DNA from: Octopus vulgaris
Lineage: Eukaryota
Length of the DNA stretch: 64,000 nt
Assembly: GCA_951406725.2 (NCBI GenBank)
Contig: OX597831.1
Span: 71,052,001-71,116,000 of the forward strand
Reading direction: 5' to 3'
Part shown: in pieces, positions 14,351 to 27,854 of the stretch
Numbering within the stretch: the stretch's first letter is position 1
How the letters are laid out: each line of letters opens with the position of its first letter
Translations under genes and position numbers: made by a program
The notes under the pieces: model-generated
What the model was told of the DNA's origin: nothing
The model's input: the letters and a program-made list of their open reading frames with translations, nothing else
Databases searched by the model: none

Positions 14351-15206
14351 GGTTGAAGATGCTGTACTTAAATGATTTCACAATTATCTCGGGATTAAGT
14401 TCATTCCATACCTCAAGAATCCATTGGCATATCTCATCTAATTCGGGCTTTTTCATACAGTCACCAAGAATGTTTATCACCACCAATCCAGTTGTTCCAT
14501 TTTTGGTGCAAGGCACATTTCCTGGGTTTATCTACAATGACATCTAACGACTGCAAAATTGAAGTCATTACACCAGGAATGGTGGCAAGTTCACAGTTGT
14601 CACTTAATACATCTTTCACATAGTCTGACTTATAGCATCTAAAACTATCCAAAACTAATAAACTATGTTCATGGGTATTGGGACATCATCCCCACAAAAG
14701 TCTTAGCCATCCAGCCATTTTTGTGGACTCTGATGATTATGCTTTTTGAAAAGTTTAATTTTATCAATGTCTTTTTTTTTTTTTGAAGATAACATATTTT
14801 GGCAATTTTGTTACATCTCCCAAGCATGCTAGCATCACAGTAAATTTATTCTTCTCCTTTCCAGTTGTTCTTATTTTAACTGATTTTTCGTTAACATGTG
14901 TCACTGTTGTGTCATATGGCAAATCAAATGTTAACAGGGTTTGGTCTGCGTTTCTAATGCATGATGGTTCAATATTATATTTTCTTCTAACTTTGATAAT
15001 CTAGCTCTGAAAGTTTGTCAACTTTTCTTCATAATCTTCATGAAGTCTTTGTACAATCGTTGTTCTACATTGTACACTAAAAGTCATGACGGTTCATAAA
15101 ATGATAGCACCAGTATCAGTACTATATTTAGTCTTAAATTACTGACTAACACATAATCTTATCTTGGTGGTGCTTACACCAAAATGTTTATCACATTTGT
15201 CACATA

Positions 15207-15551
15207 TCCACTACGTGGTGCCTTGGGCAAGTGTCTTCTACTATGGCCTCGGGCCGACCAAAGCCTTGTGAGTGGATTTGGTAGATGGAAACTGAAAGAA
15301 GCCCGTCGTATATATGTATATATATATATATGTATGTGTGTGTATGTGTTTGTGTGTCTATGTTTGTCCTCCCAACATCGCTTGACAACCGATGCTGGTG
15401 TGTTTATGTCCCCGTAACTTAGCGGTTCGGCAAAAGAGACCGATAGAATAAGTACTAGGCTTACAAAGAATAAGTCCTGGGGTCAATTTGCTCGACTAAA
15501 GGTGGTGCTCCAGCATGGCCTCAGTCAAATGACTGAAACAAGTAAAAGAGT
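15207..15551 (+). mobile_element. SINE A, 5'-truncated
   Basis: Match to the family. Confidence 0.9.
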
Positions 15552-16464
15552 ATCCAGGGGAATTTTGCAGATTTACCCCTATCAGCACGTTTATTACTAA
15601 GCATATTTTAAAATTTGTCTGCTATTTACACCAATTTCAAACATTATATTCACTAACATTAAAATACCTTCCAGCATCTCTATTGCCACGTTCAAATGTA
15701 TATTCAACAATATTTAATTTCTCCAGTGAATTATTCATAAGTTCTTCTCATACTGACAAAAATGGTAATGACAAATTTTTAAGTTTGCTTGACATTTTAT
15801 AAGTGTGAAAGGGATTAAAATTTCGATACTCCGTATCAAAGGTTCCTACAAGAACAGGCAGAAAATCAGAGATTGAGACAAGACACTTTCGACCAATCAG
15901 AATTCTGTTTACATAATCAGTTTGATTGGTCAGCTTCCTCTGTCGATTGAGTAAGATGTCATCCAAGCTGATGTTTATTGGTAATTAAACTTTGCAACAC
16001 CTGTGCATGTTTATCAGCTTTGTTTTTGTTGATAATTCTTATCAACAACTTTTCCTGTGATGGTGATTTGAGAAGACATACAGCAATATGCTAAAGATCC
16101 GACATAATCACTTGAGGGCAAGAAATGTAAAATAAAGTTTATTATAAATGGCATAAACACTTTGTGATTTAATAGCTTTCAATGTGATACCTGTTAAACA
16201 GAAATTTTCTTTATTTAATGAAAATTTAATAAAATCTAATCATAAGTAAGTGAAATTATGCTAAATGCAACTAAATTGAAAACTGTTTTCCCCTGGCCAT
16301 TGGCAATTCTGAAAACTTTTGGTTATAAATTATACATGAATTGAAGCTTTCTCTAACAAATTTTATCCTGAAAATCACCTGCATAAATTATACAGGTGCG
16401 AAAATTACATGGGTTTTTATGTCATAATCATATATACATATATATATATATATATAAATACATA

Positions 16465-16495
<31 letters not shown>

Positions 16496-16671
16496 GAATA
16501 CAGACATGTAGAATGAGGTGACGATCATGCACCTAGAAACCTATCTTAAAGGTGTGTTGCGGGCCATCTCCTACCTCACCCTATTTCCTCAGTATACATA
16601 TGTATACATATCACTATATACATAACAAATATTCTGCCTCCCATCGCATCGCATTCTATTGTCTACCTGTC

Positions 16672-16727
<56 letters not shown>

Positions 16728-17015
16728 TATATCTAATATTATATTTTATTTTTGTTTTTGTTTTTGTTTTTACTGTTTCATTCCTATAGTGGTTTTATCT
16801 CTAATTTAATTTCTATACACCGAATGAAATATCAAAATGGAAAAGGGTCTACAATTATCATCGCCACAACTTATGTATGTCTTCCTCACTACTCACTCTT
16901 TTTCCATGATAATTATCATCGCCACCACCAACACAAATCTGGGCAATCTTCTATAACAAATCATGTTTACATTGCAACGACGTCTGTCACCTCCGCTCTC
17001 TATTTATTCTGCAAA

Positions 17016-17257
17016 TGACCAGAACTCGAAACTTAGTTTAGTGTTCTATGGTCTATGAGAACCAATGTTGGTGTTCTATGTCTATGACCAGAACTGGAAA
17101 CTTGCTTGACTGTTCTAGTCATGACCAGAAATCGGGAAATTGGTTGAGGTTCATGTATGACCAGAACGAAACTGCTTGACTGTTCTATGGTCTATGACCA
17201 GAAATGGAATTGTTGAGTGTTCTATGGTCTATGACCAGAACTTGGGAAACTTGGTTG
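17016..17257. repeat. Indel-rich ~35-40-bp minisatellite, ~7 units
   Basis: Unit approximately TGACCAGAACTGGAAACTTGGTTGAGTGTTCTATGGTCTA. Confidence 0.85.
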
Positions 17258-17770
17258 TGTCCTCATCTTATAAAATGTCAGTAGACCCAAATTAAATCGG
17301 GTATATTAACCAAAAGGTGAAAAGGGGTATAAATGGGCTGAAGGATTAAAATTTAAAGGAGCGGTGTAGCAATACATCAAGCTATACATACATACATACA
17401 TACAGCCTTGATATATATATATATATACCAAATTCTATCCCTTCAAACTTTGGTTCAATATTTTATTATTTTACTCAGCTCAAGTTCGTCTGTCCTTTTA
17501 AATGGCATATATGTATACATATATACATATATATACACATATATATAAAAGAAATATGTGTGTATATATATATATATGTTTTGACATATATATATACACA
17601 CATATATATACATATATATATGTGTGTGTGTGTACAAAATATGGGGGTTTAGTTCTCAGGAGATCTAAATGACTAGGTACACTGGGTAAGTGCTGTAACA
17701 GATTACCAGGGCTCCAAGCTTATAGCCGAGATGGGAATTATAGAAGCATTGAAAATTTCTGATATAGCAG

Positions 17771-17939
17771 ATATATATTTGTTAAAGAGGACAACAGACG
17801 CTAAGGTGAGACAAACATCTCAGGTCATATATGTTTTTATTATAAAAAGTTGAAAAATTTTTAGAAATATTTTTTTAATAATAATGTATATGACCTGAAA
17901 TGTTTGTCTTGCCTTAGCGTTTATTGTCTTCTTTAACAA

Positions 17940-17950
<11 letters not shown>
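17771..17950. repeat. Fold-back (MITE-like) palindrome, ~65-bp arms, TA-flanked
   Basis: TTTGTTAAAGAGGACAACAGACGCTAAGG..CAGGTCATAT is inverted at ATATGACCTG..CCTTAGCGTTTATTGTCTTCTTTAACAAA. Confidence 0.88.
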
Positions 17951-17973
<23 letters not shown>

Positions 17974-17980
17974 ATGTATA

Positions 17981-18413
17981 TAGGTGCTGGAGTGGCTGTG
18001 TGGTAAGAAACTTACTTCCCAATCACGTGGTTCCAGATTCAGTCCCAATGCATGGCACCATGAGAAATGTCTTCTACTATAACCTCGGGCCAACCAAAGC
18101 ATTGTGAGTGAATATGGTAGATGGATACTGAAAGAAGCCCGTCATATATATATATATATATTTTTATAAACATATATATATATGTATGTAGGTATGTATT
18201 TGTGTCTGTGTTTGTTCCCCCCCCCCACACCATCGTTTGACAACCGATGTTGATGTGTTTGCATCCCCATAACTTAGTGGTTTGGCAAAAGAGACCAATA
18301 GAGTAAGTACTAGGCTTACAAAGTATAAGTCCTGGGGGTTTGATTTGTTTGACTAAAGGCGGTGCTCTAGCATAGCTGCATTCACATGACTGAAATAAGT
18401 AAAAGAATAAAAG
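17981..18413 (+). mobile_element. SINE A, moderately diverged
   Basis: Match to the family. Confidence 0.9.
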
Positions 18414-19256
18414 GATACATATGCACGTATGTGTGTGTGTGTGTGTGTATTGTAATGAATACTGCTAATTATGATACATATTGTTGTTTGCATCTTCTTT
18501 TAAATTGCCAATGCTGTTTGAATAGCAGTCTTGCAGACATCCACTGAGAAACAGATCCAGAAAGTAATACAAATAATATATGATTTCTATGAATATTCAA
18601 AGAAAACTATTAAGAATAATTAAGAAAAATCTTTAAAAATTAATAAAACTCTCAAAAAAATTAAAATATTGATATAACTTAAGATGTATTTTGGATTCGC
18701 AAATATAACACCACACACTTTTTTTCTCTTTTTTTTCCAGGAATTAGATTAGTTAAGAGGTTATTTCTGTTTTGCAATCAAGAAATAAATCTTATTTTTA
18801 TAAAATGAATACTTCTACTTCAACCTTCTTAAGTTTTACTCTTGCTGTTTAATTTCTGCAATTTTCAATGAAATATTTTTGTAAAAATCAACAATCAATA
18901 ACATGCTAGAAAATATTTTAGTATCAATTTTCTTTAATATCCAAGTTTTATATTACAAAAAAATGAAAACAAAAAAATGAAAACAAAAAAATGATTGCAT
19001 TTAAAAATAAGAGCTCTTTCAGTTCATAAAATGTGAAGAAAAAAAAATGAAAATGATATTTGGCTAGGATACAATTCTAAATTAATTCCTAGTTAAAGTG
19101 ATACAGTTCCTTCCGAAATCTATTTCCAAAGCTTCGAAAATAGAATCTTGCTTCTTCAAACATTTGGTGTCCAGATTATATTGATTGGCATAAGGCAGTT
19201 AGTGGCATTTCAGTTTAATAAAATATGGCATTTATTATAAATTTTATGAATTTCCA

Positions 19257-19293
<37 letters not shown>

Positions 19294-20164
19294 GCTGTTG
19301 TTAAAATTATTGCTGTTGTTAAAATATTCTTTATTTTTATTAATAATAAAGCATATTACAGAACTCTTTTTATAATGAATAAAATACTCTTTATTAAATG
19401 TTGTTTATTATTATTTTTAACAACAACAATAATGATAATGATGATGATGATGTTTATGATGATAGTAGTAATTGTTATCATTATTATCATTATTATTATA
19501 CAGATACTTTTTATGAAATTTAAAATTGTTATTAAAATACACTCAATCAAATAAAAGTGACATTCTCTTTTCTTCATATTTTAATTCTATTTTTATTTTG
19601 GAGTGGGGTATGAATGGGTGAACTTGGTGTGCTTGTGTAGGAGAAGAACATGGCCTATGGAGAGTGAAACTGATGTGTCAAGTGGAGGAGCCAATGTGTG
19701 TGTTTGTGTGTGTGTATGCACCCCTGTACATGTATGGTTATTGGTTATCCTGTCATTGATAATTAATCCTAGTTCTTGATCACTGTTTGATCACAGATCA
19801 CAGCAATCAAACTGCTCATTACATTATTAATTATGTCTATGAGAAATGCATCATTGTCACTTAATACACACAATATCATTTACATTGATCTGTAAATTTC
19901 TCCAGTCTTATTCCTACCTACCTACCTACCTACCTGAAAACCTATCTACCTGTATTCCTAACTACTTGTGTATCTACTTATAGGCTGTCTACCTACCTTC
20001 CTTTGAACTTACCTATGTACCCTTCTTGTCTGTTAGCCTCCCTACCTATGTACCTACCTAGGCATTTATCAGCTTATGTGCCTACCTACCTGTGTATCTA
20101 TCAATCCACACGTATATCTACCTATCTACTTAATACTCAGTCTACCTGTGTATGAATCCAACAA

Positions 20165-20385
20165 ATAATTGTTTCAAATTATGGCACAGGGCCAGCAATT
20201 TGGGGGGAGAGGATAAGTTTATTACATCAGCTACAGTGTTCAAGTGGTCGGTAGTTATTTTATCAATCCCAAAAGAAAGTCACACTCAACTTCGGCAAAA
20301 TTTGAACTCAGAGCGTAAAGATGGATGAAATGCCGCTAAGCATTTTTACCCAGGATGCTGATGATTCTGCCAGCTCCCCGCCTTA
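20165..20385 (-). mobile_element. Family-B-type SINE
   Basis: Reverse complement of the head and Deu/Nin-like block. Confidence 0.75.
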
Positions 20386-20934
20386 ACAATCCAAGAAATA
20401 ATAAGATTAGAAGTAAGCTTAAAAAAAGATGGCTCTTGAAGAAAGGTTTGTGTTTTACTCAATTCTTAATGCAGCCATTTTATTATACTTATGATGCTGA
20501 CATAGATATTATGTTGTCATTGCATTCATTTTTTGCTTCTCACTCTATTTGTTCTACTTTCTATTCCTTTCCTTGATCCTGCTTTTCTGAATTTTTTGTT
20601 TCTCTTTTCCTCTTTTTTTTCTTCATCTTCTTCATTTTCAAAATTGATAAAGATCTCAAATGTAGGTGTAAGGTTTCATAAACTTTGAAGGTACGTTATA
20701 ATTCTCTGTATCAATCTCAGTACATGTAAGCTGCTTGTTTTATCAACTCTAGAAAGATGAGGGACAAGAGTTGACCTCAGCAGGTTTTGAATTCTCTGTC
20801 TGAAGAAATTTAACTAAATATCTCAAGATATTTTCCAATTTCACCATATTTTATAGACAGGCACTGAGCTAGCAGAAACCTTAGCACGCCGGGCAAAATG
20901 CTTAACGCTATTTTGTCTGTCTTTACATTTTTAT

Positions 20935-21469
<535 letters not shown>

Positions 21470-21927
21470 ATGCATGCAAATGGAAATAGAGGGCAATGTC
21501 CTGTACACATATAGTTAAGGATGTGGAATGTTAAGTTGTAGGAGTACCACCCAGCTTTGACGCAGCTGTTCTGAAGTGCTTGTCTCCCTACTGATGGTTT
21601 ACTCAAAATTTCTATTGCTTTAGAAATTTATGTTTGTGCATTGGGTGGTCATTCTCCTCCAGTGTTCTCAGTCGAATTTGATATTTTCCCAGTTTCTGTG
21701 TACAGATCATAATACATTCATGGAAGCACAACTGTCATCTTTAGAATTCCGCATTTGAAACTAGCTTCTAAGTTTTCATCATTGCACAGAACTTGAAACA
21801 GTATTTTATTCTGAATTCATTTTTACTCATTAAAATCTGCACCCGCACAGCCCTGCATTAGAAACCAAGAATGGGGTTTTAATATAACAGGAATATGATT
21901 TTCAAATAAATCAAACAGTCACATATA

Positions 21928-22137
21928 TCTATTTCTTTATTACCCACAAGGGGCTAAACACAGAGAGGACAAGCAAGGACAGACAAACGGATTAAGTCGA
22001 TTATATCGACCCCAGTGCGTAACTGGTACTTACTTTATCGACCCCGAAAGGATGAAAGGCAAAGTCGACCTCGGCGGAATTTGAACTCAGGACGCAGCGG
22101 CAGACGAAATATGGCTACGCATTTCGCCCGGCGTGCT
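21928..22137 (-). mobile_element. SINE B, young (CpG-rich) copy
   Basis: Close reverse-complement match to 1884-2113. Confidence 0.9.
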
Positions 22138-22532
22138 AGAGTTAAAAGATGACCGTAACACATTTTTGACTCAGCTTCTCTTTACCTTACATATTTATCT
22201 TTCTATCTGAGAATTGGATTGAAGAATTGGAGAGATTCTTTCAACAAAGACTTGTCATATTTTATATAGTTTTCTCATATATTTCTTCAATTTTGAAATC
22301 AAGTCTACAAACTGTCAAATATGTCAATTAAGTTTTATAATCGACTGCCTTGAAATTTTAGTTCAAATTGCTTTTCTTTTCCTTCGTATCTATTTTTTTA
22401 AATAAAACACAACAAAGTATGATAGTACGTATGACATAAATATAATAAGTTTCTCTCTTTCTCTCTCTCTTTCTCTCTCTCACCCACTCACTCTCTCTTC
22501 CTCTTTCTCTCTCTCTCACTCTTTCTCTCTCA

Positions 22533-22563
<31 letters not shown>

Positions 22564-23879
22564 ACTCTCTCTCTTGGTTACTATACATTCAGAGTATAAG
22601 ATGTTTGGCACAAACGACCTTTGTACTTTACTGAATGTTCTGGGTGCAGTTTATTGTGGCACCATCTCCAGAGAAATTGCCATGTACTTGAAAAGTTAAA
22701 GGGCTCTCTTGACCTCCCAGTCTCAACGTGCCAACCACTCTACATAATTCCTACTTGAATGAATTTACAGTGGTGCTAACAACAGTGAAATCCCCTAGTA
22801 TCCCAAAGACTAGAGTTTCCTCACCACTCTATAAAGAGATTGTTTACTCTGGGGTATTGTTGTTTGGGAAGTAAATAGAAAATACAACAACGACTATAGA
22901 AGAACCAGGTGAGGGGGGAACGAGGCCGTGATGATAGAAAGTGATAGAATAGGTGAGATAGTGATGACTAGTAATAAAAGTGGATAAATAGAAGATCGAA
23001 TAATGGATGTCAATTGCAAGTAGCTTAGCAACGAGCATAGTAAGGGCGTGTTCATCAACAATTTAACAGTGTTTATTGGGTGCATTATATTGTAGCACCT
23101 GTACAAGTGGGGTTACCTTGTTCCCCAAAATAGCCAAAAGTTCACTGTACACTAGACAGCTACATATGCTCAAGGCAGCATGACCAAGGAAGTGTCAAGA
23201 CAGAGATTGAAAACCAGAAAAGAACCAGTATGGATGAGTGAAAACAAATGAGTGATGGCAGAGACTGGGCCACTAGGAAAAGAAGAAGTGATGACTGGCA
23301 GTAGTGAAAGGCTTGGCGTCTGTTTGGTATAATGGGCCCAATGCAATCTCTTATACATAGACCTCATAATGAGATAGAGAAATAAAGAAGATAGTGCTAT
23401 GGGGATAAATGTGGATGGGCCCCATATCATTTATCATGGCATGAGTAATTAATGATAAAGATAAGGGTGATAGGGAAATGAGTGACCTCACTAGTGCTGG
23501 TGCCATGAAAAAGTGCCCAGAGAGGTCAAGGGAGAATCATCTTAAAATCCAAAGGATCTATGATGATTTTTGAAGTGTGTGTGCTGGGGAGGAGGCCAGA
23601 AATTCAACAGTTCTTCTTTGTCTCTCCACACTACAGATCAATGAACCAGCCAAACTTCCTTCTTATTGGCTCTACCTGGGGTCGATTAAAAACTTTCTGT
23701 AAAGTAAAACATTATACATTGAGTTCCTGTTACCTTCTTCAAATATTAAGTTAATTAAGCTCAGTGCAGTAAATTCACAAATCTTCCTGCTGCTTACTGT
23801 AATAAGCTATACAACATTGACATGTCTATTTACAGTGATTTAGAATATTTTCAAAGGCATAAACATTAGACAGCCTCAT

Positions 23880-24300
23880 AGGCACAGGAGTGGCTGTGTG
23901 GTAAGTAGCTTGTTTACCAACCTCATGGTCCCGGGTTCAGTCCCACTGCGTGACACCTTGGGCAAGTGTCTTCTACTATAGCCTCGGGCCGACCAAAGCC
24001 TTGTGAGTGGATTTGGTAGACGGAAACTGAAAGAAGCCCGTCGTATATATGTATATATATATGTATATATATGCGTGTGTGTGTTTGTGTGTCTGTGTTT
24101 GTCCCCCTAGCATTGCTTGACAACCGATGCTGGTGTGTTTATGTTTCCGTTACTTAGCGGTTCGGCAAAAGAGACCGATAGAATAAGTAATGGGCTTCTA
24201 AAGAATAAGTCCCGGGGTCGAGTTGCTCGATTAAAGGCAGTGCTCCAGCATGGCCGCAGTCAGATGACTGAAACAAGTAAAAGAGTAAAAGAGTAAGAGT
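23880..24300 (+). mobile_element. SINE A
   Basis: Full-length match. Confidence 0.92.
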
Positions 24301-24614
24301 ATAGACTTCCAGTATAATATACGTTGTCGATTTGTTTTGGTAATATAACAATTAGCTGAGACAGTTGTCACCTCTCATTTGATATGTGGCCATGTTTACA
24401 TATCAAAATGAGTTTTGCTTCTATGAAACAAAACTGCAATTAAAAGAATGCCCAGAAGGAAATTAACAGATAACAATGCCAAGTGAAATTAAAGACCCAG
24501 TTTTCAGTGCTGCTATTAATATTAATAGGAAAGGAGTATTGAATATTTGTTATAAAGTGTATTCATTTGAGGCTAATGATAGCAACAACACATGTATGTG
24601 TGTGTATATATAGA

Positions 24615-24782
24615 TATCATCATCATCATCATCGTTGTCGTTTAACATCCGCTTTCCATGCTGTCATGGATTGGATGGTTTGACTGAGGTGTGGCAAGCC
24701 CGAAGGCTGCACCAGGCTCCAATATGATCTGGCAAAGTTTCCACAGCTGGTGTAGAAACGAGAGTGTAGTGGGTGTTTTTAC
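24615..24782 (-). mobile_element. RTE-1 3' end fragment
   Basis: (CAT)n followed by TTTAACATCCGCTTTCCATGC. Confidence 0.75.
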
Positions 24783-24794
24783 ATACCTAAATAC

Positions 24795-25057
24795 TCACAT
24801 ACATATATACATAAATACATGCATACGTACATACATACATGCATATGCATACACACATACTTACATGCACACATACATATACATACATACATACACACAT
24901 ACATACATACATACATACATACATACATACATACATACACACACATACACACATACACACACACACACATACATACATACATACATACATACATACATAC
25001 ACACATACACACACACACACATACATACATACATACATACATACATACATACATACA

Positions 25058-25091
<34 letters not shown>

Positions 25092-25095
25092 CATG
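24795..25095. repeat. (CATA)n/(CA)n microsatellite
   Basis: Direct reading. Confidence 0.95.
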
Positions 25096-25385
25096 CATAT
25101 CATGTTACTTTCTCAGATGCAGCACGAAGTTTTGTCAGTGGACTGGTCGCGGTCTCAAAGGGACAAAAATATTTTGACAAATTAAATTTAAATGTTGAAG
25201 TGAATCTAACAGTTTTCTTGTGTGTTTTTTAAATGGCTTATAAACACCTTCCACACTGAATTTGTTTAAATTTCAGCACACGATCTCAGATCAAGTCACT
25301 TGCTATGCAAGTACATCTCCGTAATATATATATATATAGGTATGTTGAGGCAAAAGGTAAAAATTTAACTCAAAATACGAATATA

Positions 25386-25520
25386 TGCATATTTTTATTA
25401 ACATTTAGCAGAGGCAACAGAGTGAGTCACAGTCCAAAAGTTTCATGCATTGGCCTGACATATGAAATTCTCAGATCTTGAATCACTCTGTTCCTTCTGC
25501 TAAATATTAATAAAAATGCA
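25386..25520. repeat. Fold-back palindrome, ~40-60-bp arms
   Basis: TTTTTATTAACATTTAGCAGAGGCAACAGAGTGA versus TCACTCTGTTCCTTCTGCTAAATATTAATAAAAA. Confidence 0.8.
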
Positions 25521-25871
25521 TACACACATATATATGTAGGAGAAAAACACTTGTTTCAGTGATCCAAAGAAAACTCAATACATGGTAAATAAATATTCAA
25601 TGGGTAATTATATCAAGCAGATGTGTTTGTTTTAGCAAAGAAACTATATTTTAATGATATGGTATACTTCATCCTATAACACAGTGAAAGTAAAGTTCCC
25701 TTGCTAAAATATATGAACCTATGAAATATAATATATATTTCTATATATGTATGAGTGTGTGTGTCTAAAGCAGATTAATAAGTCAGAAAAAAGTAAGTGC
25801 ACCCAATACTTACAAGATATACATATATCTATCTATCTGTGTATATATATATATATATATTACAGGGTTTA

Positions 25872-27552
25872 CAGGGTCTTGCAGATAAATTGAGACAATT
25901 TTTATGATGCATAAAAATGGTTATAAATGCTAGAATAATGGTTGTAGACTGATATAATTTTAATGTAGAATTTATTACATAAACATGTCACTCTTTTGGG
26001 CAATTACTGCCCTCCACACGAGAACAAATTTTTTTGGCAGCTGCTGCAACCCCCACCATTTTGATTTTGCATATTGCATGCATGATGCAAGTCTTCCAAC
26101 TGTTGACACTTGAGTGTGGTGAAGCATTGGTCCTTGCTTGAAGTACATTCCATAAAGAGTAATTGAGAAGGTTGAGATCTGGGCTATTACAAGGCCAGAT
26201 GTTGCCCTCACATGAAATGGCACCTTCTCACCAAGGAAGGCCTATGTTGCTTTTGACTCACAGCATGGTGCAGAATCCTGGATAAGCATTACATTGTCAA
26301 ACCCAAACCTCTGCTCCATCCAAGGTAACAGAGAGTCCTTCAGGATGTCCAAATACTCCTTTGTGCCAATCTTCAAGCCAGCCTCAATGAACTGTGGATC
26401 CATGACACTTTCATCACTTGCCACAGCTCCATATACCTATTTCTTTACTGCCCACAAGGGGCTAAACACAGAGGGGACAAACAAGGACAGACAAACAGAT
26501 TAAGTCGATTACATCGACCCCAGTGTGTAACTGGTCCTTAATTTATCGACCCCGAAAGGATAAAAGGCAAAGTCGACCTTGGCGGAATTTGAACTCAGAA
26601 CGTAACGGCAGATGAAATGTCTATTTCTTTATTACCCACAAGGGGCTAAACACAGAGGGGACAAGCAAGGACAGACAAACGGATTAAGTCGATTACATCG
26701 ACCCCAGTGTGTAACTGGTCCTTAATTTATCGACCCCGAAAGGATGAAAGGCAAAGTCGACCTCGGCAGAATTTGAACTCAGAATTTAACGGCAGACGAA
26801 ATACTGCTAAGCATTTTGCCCAGCATGCTAACGTTTCTGCCAGCTCACTGCCTAATACCATCACAGTGGCAGGATTCTAAGTTTCAAATACAGGGGCGGA
26901 TACCAGAAGTGTTGTATGCAATCACCTGAGGATTTCTGCGATTCACCTCAGTGTCCACAGTTAACTTCTTCTCACCCGCAAACATGAGAATTTTCCCTGC
27001 ACTTTGATGCTTGTTGAATGACAGAAGCTTTGGACATCTCTTGGCTCTGGTTGATTTGGCCTTGGCTGTTAGGAGGTGACAACATCATTGAACATAGTTA
27101 GTTATGCCAAGGTTCTTGTTCACAGCTCTGGATATTGTGGAAAGGGACAGGTGTTTCTTTGCAAGAGTTGTCATGGATATGGATGGGTTGGCTTCAGTCA
27201 AGTGTTTGAGACCAGTGAGAAACTTTGGATTCTGTTTGGAATCACTTTGAGTCTTGTGTTTTTCCCTATCAATCTTTCCCTGTTCTTTAAATTGTTTGTA
27301 CACATGATAAATTGTTGCTTTTGTAAGTTTCATCAACATCACAACTTTATTGACAATGTACCCAGCACATGCCAAAATAACAATGGTAGAATGATTCTGT
27401 TGTTCCGTGACTTTCTTCTGTCGAATCAGTTCACTATTTACCTGAAAACTAAAGAGGTAGATAAGATTTTCAAGCAAGGTTTTGTTAAAAAAATTAGTTA
27501 TAAAACCCACTAAGTCTACTGCTTAAATTTGTCTCAATTTATCTGCAAGACC

Positions 27553-27555
<3 letters not shown>
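25872..27555 (-). mobile_element. Full-length but decayed Tc1/mariner (maT/DD37D type) with both TIRs and TA TSD
   Basis: TIRs CAGGGTCTTGCAGATAAATTGAGACAA and TTGTCTCAATTTATCTGCAAGACCATG, each flanked by TA. Remnants: HTH region (ORF 27085-27510), FAGEKKLTVD..NRRN, PATVMVFGAVASD, IQDSAPC and WPCNSPDLNLLNY. Confidence 0.9.
26437..26852 (-). mobile_element. SINE B with tandemly duplicated 3' part, inserted in the maT transposase
   Basis: Two near-identical ~183-bp units (26437-26619 and 26620-26802) plus the head. Confidence 0.9.
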
Positions 27556-27596
<41 letters not shown>

Positions 27597-27599
<3 letters not shown>

Positions 27600-27801
27600 T
27601 AATCCAAACAAGAAAGCACAAAAAAACACAACAACGTGAGGACGTGGAACAAATATAGTATTATTGGACGCTCAGGAAAGAAGGAAAGAAGGAGGGTTTA
27701 ACGTTTCGAGCGGAGCTCTTTGTCGGAAACATAGGAGAAGGAAAGATCCAGAGAAGGGAAGACAGAGGAAAAAAATCGCCAATGGTACACATGAGGTCAC
27801 A
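27597..27801 (-). mobile_element. ~200-bp dispersed repeat carrying a minimal hammerhead-like motif (Penelope pLTR-like)
   Basis: Reverse complement of 61705-61903. Motif at 27696-27730. Confidence 0.75.
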
Positions 27802-27854
27802 TTATACACACACACACACACACACGCACGCACGCACACACACACACATACACA

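Larger units (their letters stand above)
11655..16422 (-). mobile_element. Decayed POGK-like pogo/Tigger DNA transposon with five nested retroelements
   Basis: Minus-strand remnants: Brinker-like EKLNIVEYTFERGNRDAGRYFNVSE near 15640-15725, DDE_1-like MDSFRCY..IPGVMTSILQSLDV, ICQWILEVWNELNPEIIVKSFK and SISNHLDGMQDD. Imperfect TIR-like ends TAAAA(T)CCCATGT(G/A)ATTT..GCA at ~11655 and ~16420; the outer boundaries are less certain than the coding remnant. Confidence 0.7.

Noticed and set aside
17016-17257. CRISPR-like repeat array
   Set aside because: No unique spacers, eukaryotic context and no cas genes.
20525-20660. Minus-strand Lys/Glu-rich frame (FENEEDEEKKEEKRNKK..)
   Set aside because: Purine-rich low complexity with no convincing acceptor site.
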